A stretch of DNA of 18,893 nt from Chthonomonas calidirosea (GTDB taxonomy: Bacteria > Armatimonadota > Fimbriimonadia > Fimbriimonadales > Fimbriimonadaceae): positions 1 through 18,893 of the forward strand of contig CAMAPH010000047.1 in NCBI GenBank assembly GCA_945859975.1. Direction: 5' to 3'. The translations under genes and the position numbers were made by a program. Positions 16,382-18,893 of the stretch are shown piece after piece. The notes beneath the pieces are model-generated. The model worked only from the letters and a program-made list of their open reading frames with translations. It made no database searches and was not told the DNA's origin. The number at the start of each line of letters is the position of its first letter. Position 1 is the stretch's first letter.

Positions 16382-17437
16382 ATGGCCGCCGGCAGAGACC
16401 TCAACGAGACACTTCAAGATTTTCTGTCGGCGTGTGCCCGATTCTTGCTTTATGCGGGCGCAGTCGCAGCCGTCGGCGCGGCTGGCCTACTCATTTTCAC
16501 CATCATTCGGATGGCTGACCCTGGAGCAGCGTCGCAAACGGCGGACGCCCTTCGCAATGTCGGCATTTTCCAAAACGTTCTGCTCGTTAGCGTTTTGGCC
16601 GCCGGGGTTGGTGCCAGCTACATGTTCTGGGGCGAGGATCTGCTGAGCGGTGGCTTGCTGATCCTAGCAGCCGTCCTTTACTTTGCTCCGCTTTACATTC
16701 CGATGATGGTCGCGAATTCCGACCAGAACGATGCTGGGCGGAAGAGTTACGAGGCACTTCAATCTGCCGGCACCTGGCTGGGTGTCATTGCGATAATCGT
16801 AGTTGTCGCGGATCTGTTTAACCGCGTCCGAAACCGATCAAAGGAAGGCGTCAAAGCCGATCTCCTGAAGTACGGCAAGGGTGTTAAACAAGAGCAGGAC
16901 CGCGAGAACGTGTTCCTTGGCAAGTGCTGGCAGCTGCCGTTTTGCCGAAAGTTCGTTCGCGAGCGCTGCCCGATTTACCATTCAAAGCGGACTTGCTGGA
17001 AGGAGCAGGTCGGCTGTATGTGCGAAGAGCAAGTCATCAAGGGTGCCATGGAGAACCGTCCGATTCCAAAGGACGCTTTGCTGGCCGCCCAGATGATCCC
17101 GCGGAACCATAAGCTCACTCCCGCGCAGAAGAAAGAGCGATGCAACGTTTGCGTGATCTACAACGAGCACCAGCGGCACAAGTACCGAGCCCTGTTGCCG
17201 GGCGTACTCGCTGGATTCATCGCCTTTTACGTCTTGTTCCGAAGTCCGCTGATGAGCGGGATGACCGCGCTCGTAGGACAGATCAATAAGGTTATGTACG
17301 GTTTCACCTACGGCGCGAGTGGCCAGCAGAAGATTCCGGTGCTCTTTACGGAGATGCTCTTGGTTGTCTTCTTCTTGGTCGCCCTGAGTTACGCATTGAA
17401 GATGATTGAATATGCCGTCTTCAAGCTGAAGATTTAA
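16382..17437 (+). CDS. Hypothetical ~6-TM membrane protein with a central 8-Cys 'two-CW'-like domain
   Basis: Four N-terminal and two C-terminal hydrophobic helices flank CWQLPFC..CPIY..CWKEQVGCMC....CNVCVIY. Starts 5 nt after the efp stop. Confidence 0.85.
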   Translation: MAAGRDLNETLQDFLSACARFLLYAGAVAAVGAAGLLIFTIIRMADPGAASQTADALRNVGIFQNVLLVSVLAAGVGASYMFWGEDLLSGGLLILAAVLYFAPLYIPMMVANSDQNDAGRKSYEALQSAGTWLGVIAIIVVVADLFNRVRNRSKEGVKADLLKYGKGVKQEQDRENVFLGKCWQLPFCRKFVRERCPIYHSKRTCWKEQVGCMCEEQVIKGAMENRPIPKDALLAAQMIPRNHKLTPAQKKERCNVCVIYNEHQRHKYRALLPGVLAGFIAFYVLFRSPLMSGMTALVGQINKVMYGFTYGASGQQKIPVLFTEMLLVVFFLVALSYALKMIEYAVFKLKI

Positions 17438-18492
17438 TGGCCCTGAGTCCGTTTCTACGGATCGATGGCTCGTTTGGCGAAGGTGGGGGCGGGTTGGTCC
17501 GGACAGCGCTGACCGTCTCCGCGATGATTCAGCAGCCCGTAGAAATCATCAACGTCCGCGCCGGGACACGGTTCCCCGGACTTGACGTCGAGGACGTCGT
17601 TTTACTTCGCGCGCTGGCCAAAGTGACTGGTACCGAGACGAGTGCGTGCAACGTTGGCGACCATTCGATCACGTTCCATCCGAACCATCGAGCAAAAGGG
17701 CTCTCGGGGAAGGTCGGAGGTGAGCGGAACGTTCACGGCCGAACCGCTAATGGGCCGATCACGCTTACGGCCCTCATTCCGGCTTTGGCGCGAAGCGGAA
17801 TGTACTCTTCGCTCCTCGTTGAAGGTGAGACTTTCGGAACGAATGCGCTCGGGTTTGATGCCTTTGCGGAGGGCACGCTTGGTGTACTTCGAGAGATGGG
17901 GATTTACGCATTTCCAGAGCATCAGCAGGTCGGGTTCGGGCGAGATTCGGCCGGCGAGATTGCGATTGATATTGAGCCTTCGGTGGTTAATGGACTCGAC
18001 TGGCCGGATCGCGGCAAGTTGATCGCGGTTCGGGGGCGGGTTTCCACCGCGAGAGTGCCGGAGTCGATTGCGGCGCGCGCGCTATCTCACCTTGAAAAGC
18101 TGGCGAAAGCGGCGAACGTGCCAGTTGAGGCAGAAGCGGTCGAGCTAGAAGGCGCGGCCTCCGGCGTGCACGTGACGCTTTGGGCGGTTTATGAACGTGG
18201 GCTGGCTACGGGCACTTCGATGGGAGTTAAGGGGCTGCGTGTGGAAGCGCTGGTGCAAGATGCTTTTGATCAGCTTGCGGAGTGGATGACTTCCAATGCG
18301 ACGCTGGATGCTTACTTGGCGGACCAGATTTTGGTTCCGGCGGCGTTTGCAGATTCCGGCAGCGTGTTCCGCGTTTCGGAACTGACATCTCGGTTTATGA
18401 CCGCGGTATGGGTGATCAAGCAGTTCGTGCCGGCCCGGATTACGGTTCGAGGTTCCGAGGGTGGGCCTGGGCTTGTAACCATTGAGCGGTAG
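17437..18492 (+). CDS. RNA 3'-terminal phosphate cyclase (RtcA)-like protein with a degenerate active site
   Basis: IDGSFGEGGG..VRTAL, NVRAG..PGL, D.YLADQILVP and colinear full length identify the RTC family. The catalytic His and several other motifs are substituted, so the symbol rtcA is withheld. TAATG overlap with the upstream gene. Confidence 0.88.
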   Translation: MALSPFLRIDGSFGEGGGGLVRTALTVSAMIQQPVEIINVRAGTRFPGLDVEDVVLLRALAKVTGTETSACNVGDHSITFHPNHRAKGLSGKVGGERNVHGRTANGPITLTALIPALARSGMYSSLLVEGETFGTNALGFDAFAEGTLGVLREMGIYAFPEHQQVGFGRDSAGEIAIDIEPSVVNGLDWPDRGKLIAVRGRVSTARVPESIAARALSHLEKLAKAANVPVEAEAVELEGAASGVHVTLWAVYERGLATGTSMGVKGLRVEALVQDAFDQLAEWMTSNATLDAYLADQILVPAAFADSGSVFRVSELTSRFMTAVWVIKQFVPARITVRGSEGGPGLVTIER

Positions 18493-18510
18493 GTAGAGAT
18501 ACCGTTCGGG

Positions 18511-18516
18511 TACTTT
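18511..18516 (+). promoter_or_regulatory. -10 box TACTTT 6 nt before a GTG start (leaderless-type promoter)
   Basis: ggg-TACTTT-cccacg-GTG(18523), with no SD. Confidence 0.5.
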
Positions 18517-18522
18517 CCCACG

Positions 18523-18893
18523 GTGCGCGTCGCCTTCCTTTTTGCGTTCGGAGCTTTGGCTGCCTTTGCTTCGGCAGATCGTTTGATCACGATCCCAACG
18601 GGGCGGAAGATTCCGTTCAAGGCGGTTCGGGCCGAGCTTTGGTACCAGCCGACGAAGGACGGCACGACGGAGTACTACTTTGGAACCGGATTGACGGACC
18701 TTTTTGAAATTGAAGTCCGAACTCAGCGACTTCCGCAACGGGATGTCAACACGGCGGTTGACCTGAGCTACAACATCATCGGTCCGATTCCTGACTTGAC
18801 TCCGGGCATTAGTATTGGCGTTCAGGACATTGCCAATGCGACCGTGGACGGGCGAAGGCCATACGCGGCACTCACTTTACGGCAGACACTTTC
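18523..18893 (+). CDS. Exported protein, probably a YjbH-like outer-membrane beta-barrel (partial, runs off the window; absent from the ORF track)
   Basis: My translation: MRVAFLFAFGALAAFASA-DRLITIPTGRKIPFKAVRAELWY...FEIEVRT...AVDLSYNII..IPDLTPGISIGVQDI...RRPYAALT. Signal peptide, IPT motif, P.ISIGVQD and alternating beta-strand pattern; no stop before the window end. Confidence 0.7.
   Translation, partial: MRVAFLFAFGALAAFASADRLITIPTGRKIPFKAVRAELWYQPTKDGTTEYYFGTGLTDLFEIEVRTQRLPQRDVNTAVDLSYNIIGPIPDLTPGISIGVQDIANATVDGRRPYAALTLRQTL

Noticed and set aside
10111..18492. RNA-repair system linking the phosphoesterase and the RtcA-like gene (both His->Arg, both families can act on 2',3'-cyclic phosphates)
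   Set aside because: They are about 6.6 kb apart on opposite strands with unrelated genes between, and there is no ligase. Coincidence is the simpler reading.
1..18893. CRISPR arrays, IS/transposase, integrase, prophage, tRNA, rRNA, frameshifted pseudogenes
   Set aside because: None seen. Intergenic gaps are all under 190 bp, there are no spaced direct repeats, and the recognised ORFs appear uninterrupted.

Overview
Gene-dense bacterial chromosome segment of mostly housekeeping genes. The short signal peptides, lineage-type hypothetical proteins and gene repertoire suggest Armatimonadota (Fimbriimonadia); this assignment is an inference. Gene order: lpdA, orphan membrane histidine kinase, queF, exported hypothetical, APH/NahK-like phosphotransferase (-), two hypotheticals, acs-argB-acyltransferase-3 (overlapping stop/start codons), stand-alone UshA-like metallophosphoesterase (-), exported YHS protein, secG (-), CBS-pair+DUF1385 fusion (-), pfkA, transglutaminase-like protein (-), exported TPR protein (-), efp, a ~6-TM protein with an 8-Cys 'two-CW'-like domain, an RtcA (RNA 3'-phosphate cyclase) homologue, and a truncated outer-membrane-type gene. 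I found no mobile elements, CRISPR arrays, tRNA or rRNA. The best candidate for an undescribed system is the cluster efp / Cys-rich membrane protein / RtcA homologue, in which the RtcA homologue has lost its catalytic His and its QH motif. Also notable: a GNRE variant of the UshA domain, the CBS-DUF1385 fusion divergent from pfkA, a long inverted repeat before the YHS gene, and recurrent TANNNT boxes just upstream of start codons (leaderless or short-leader mRNAs).
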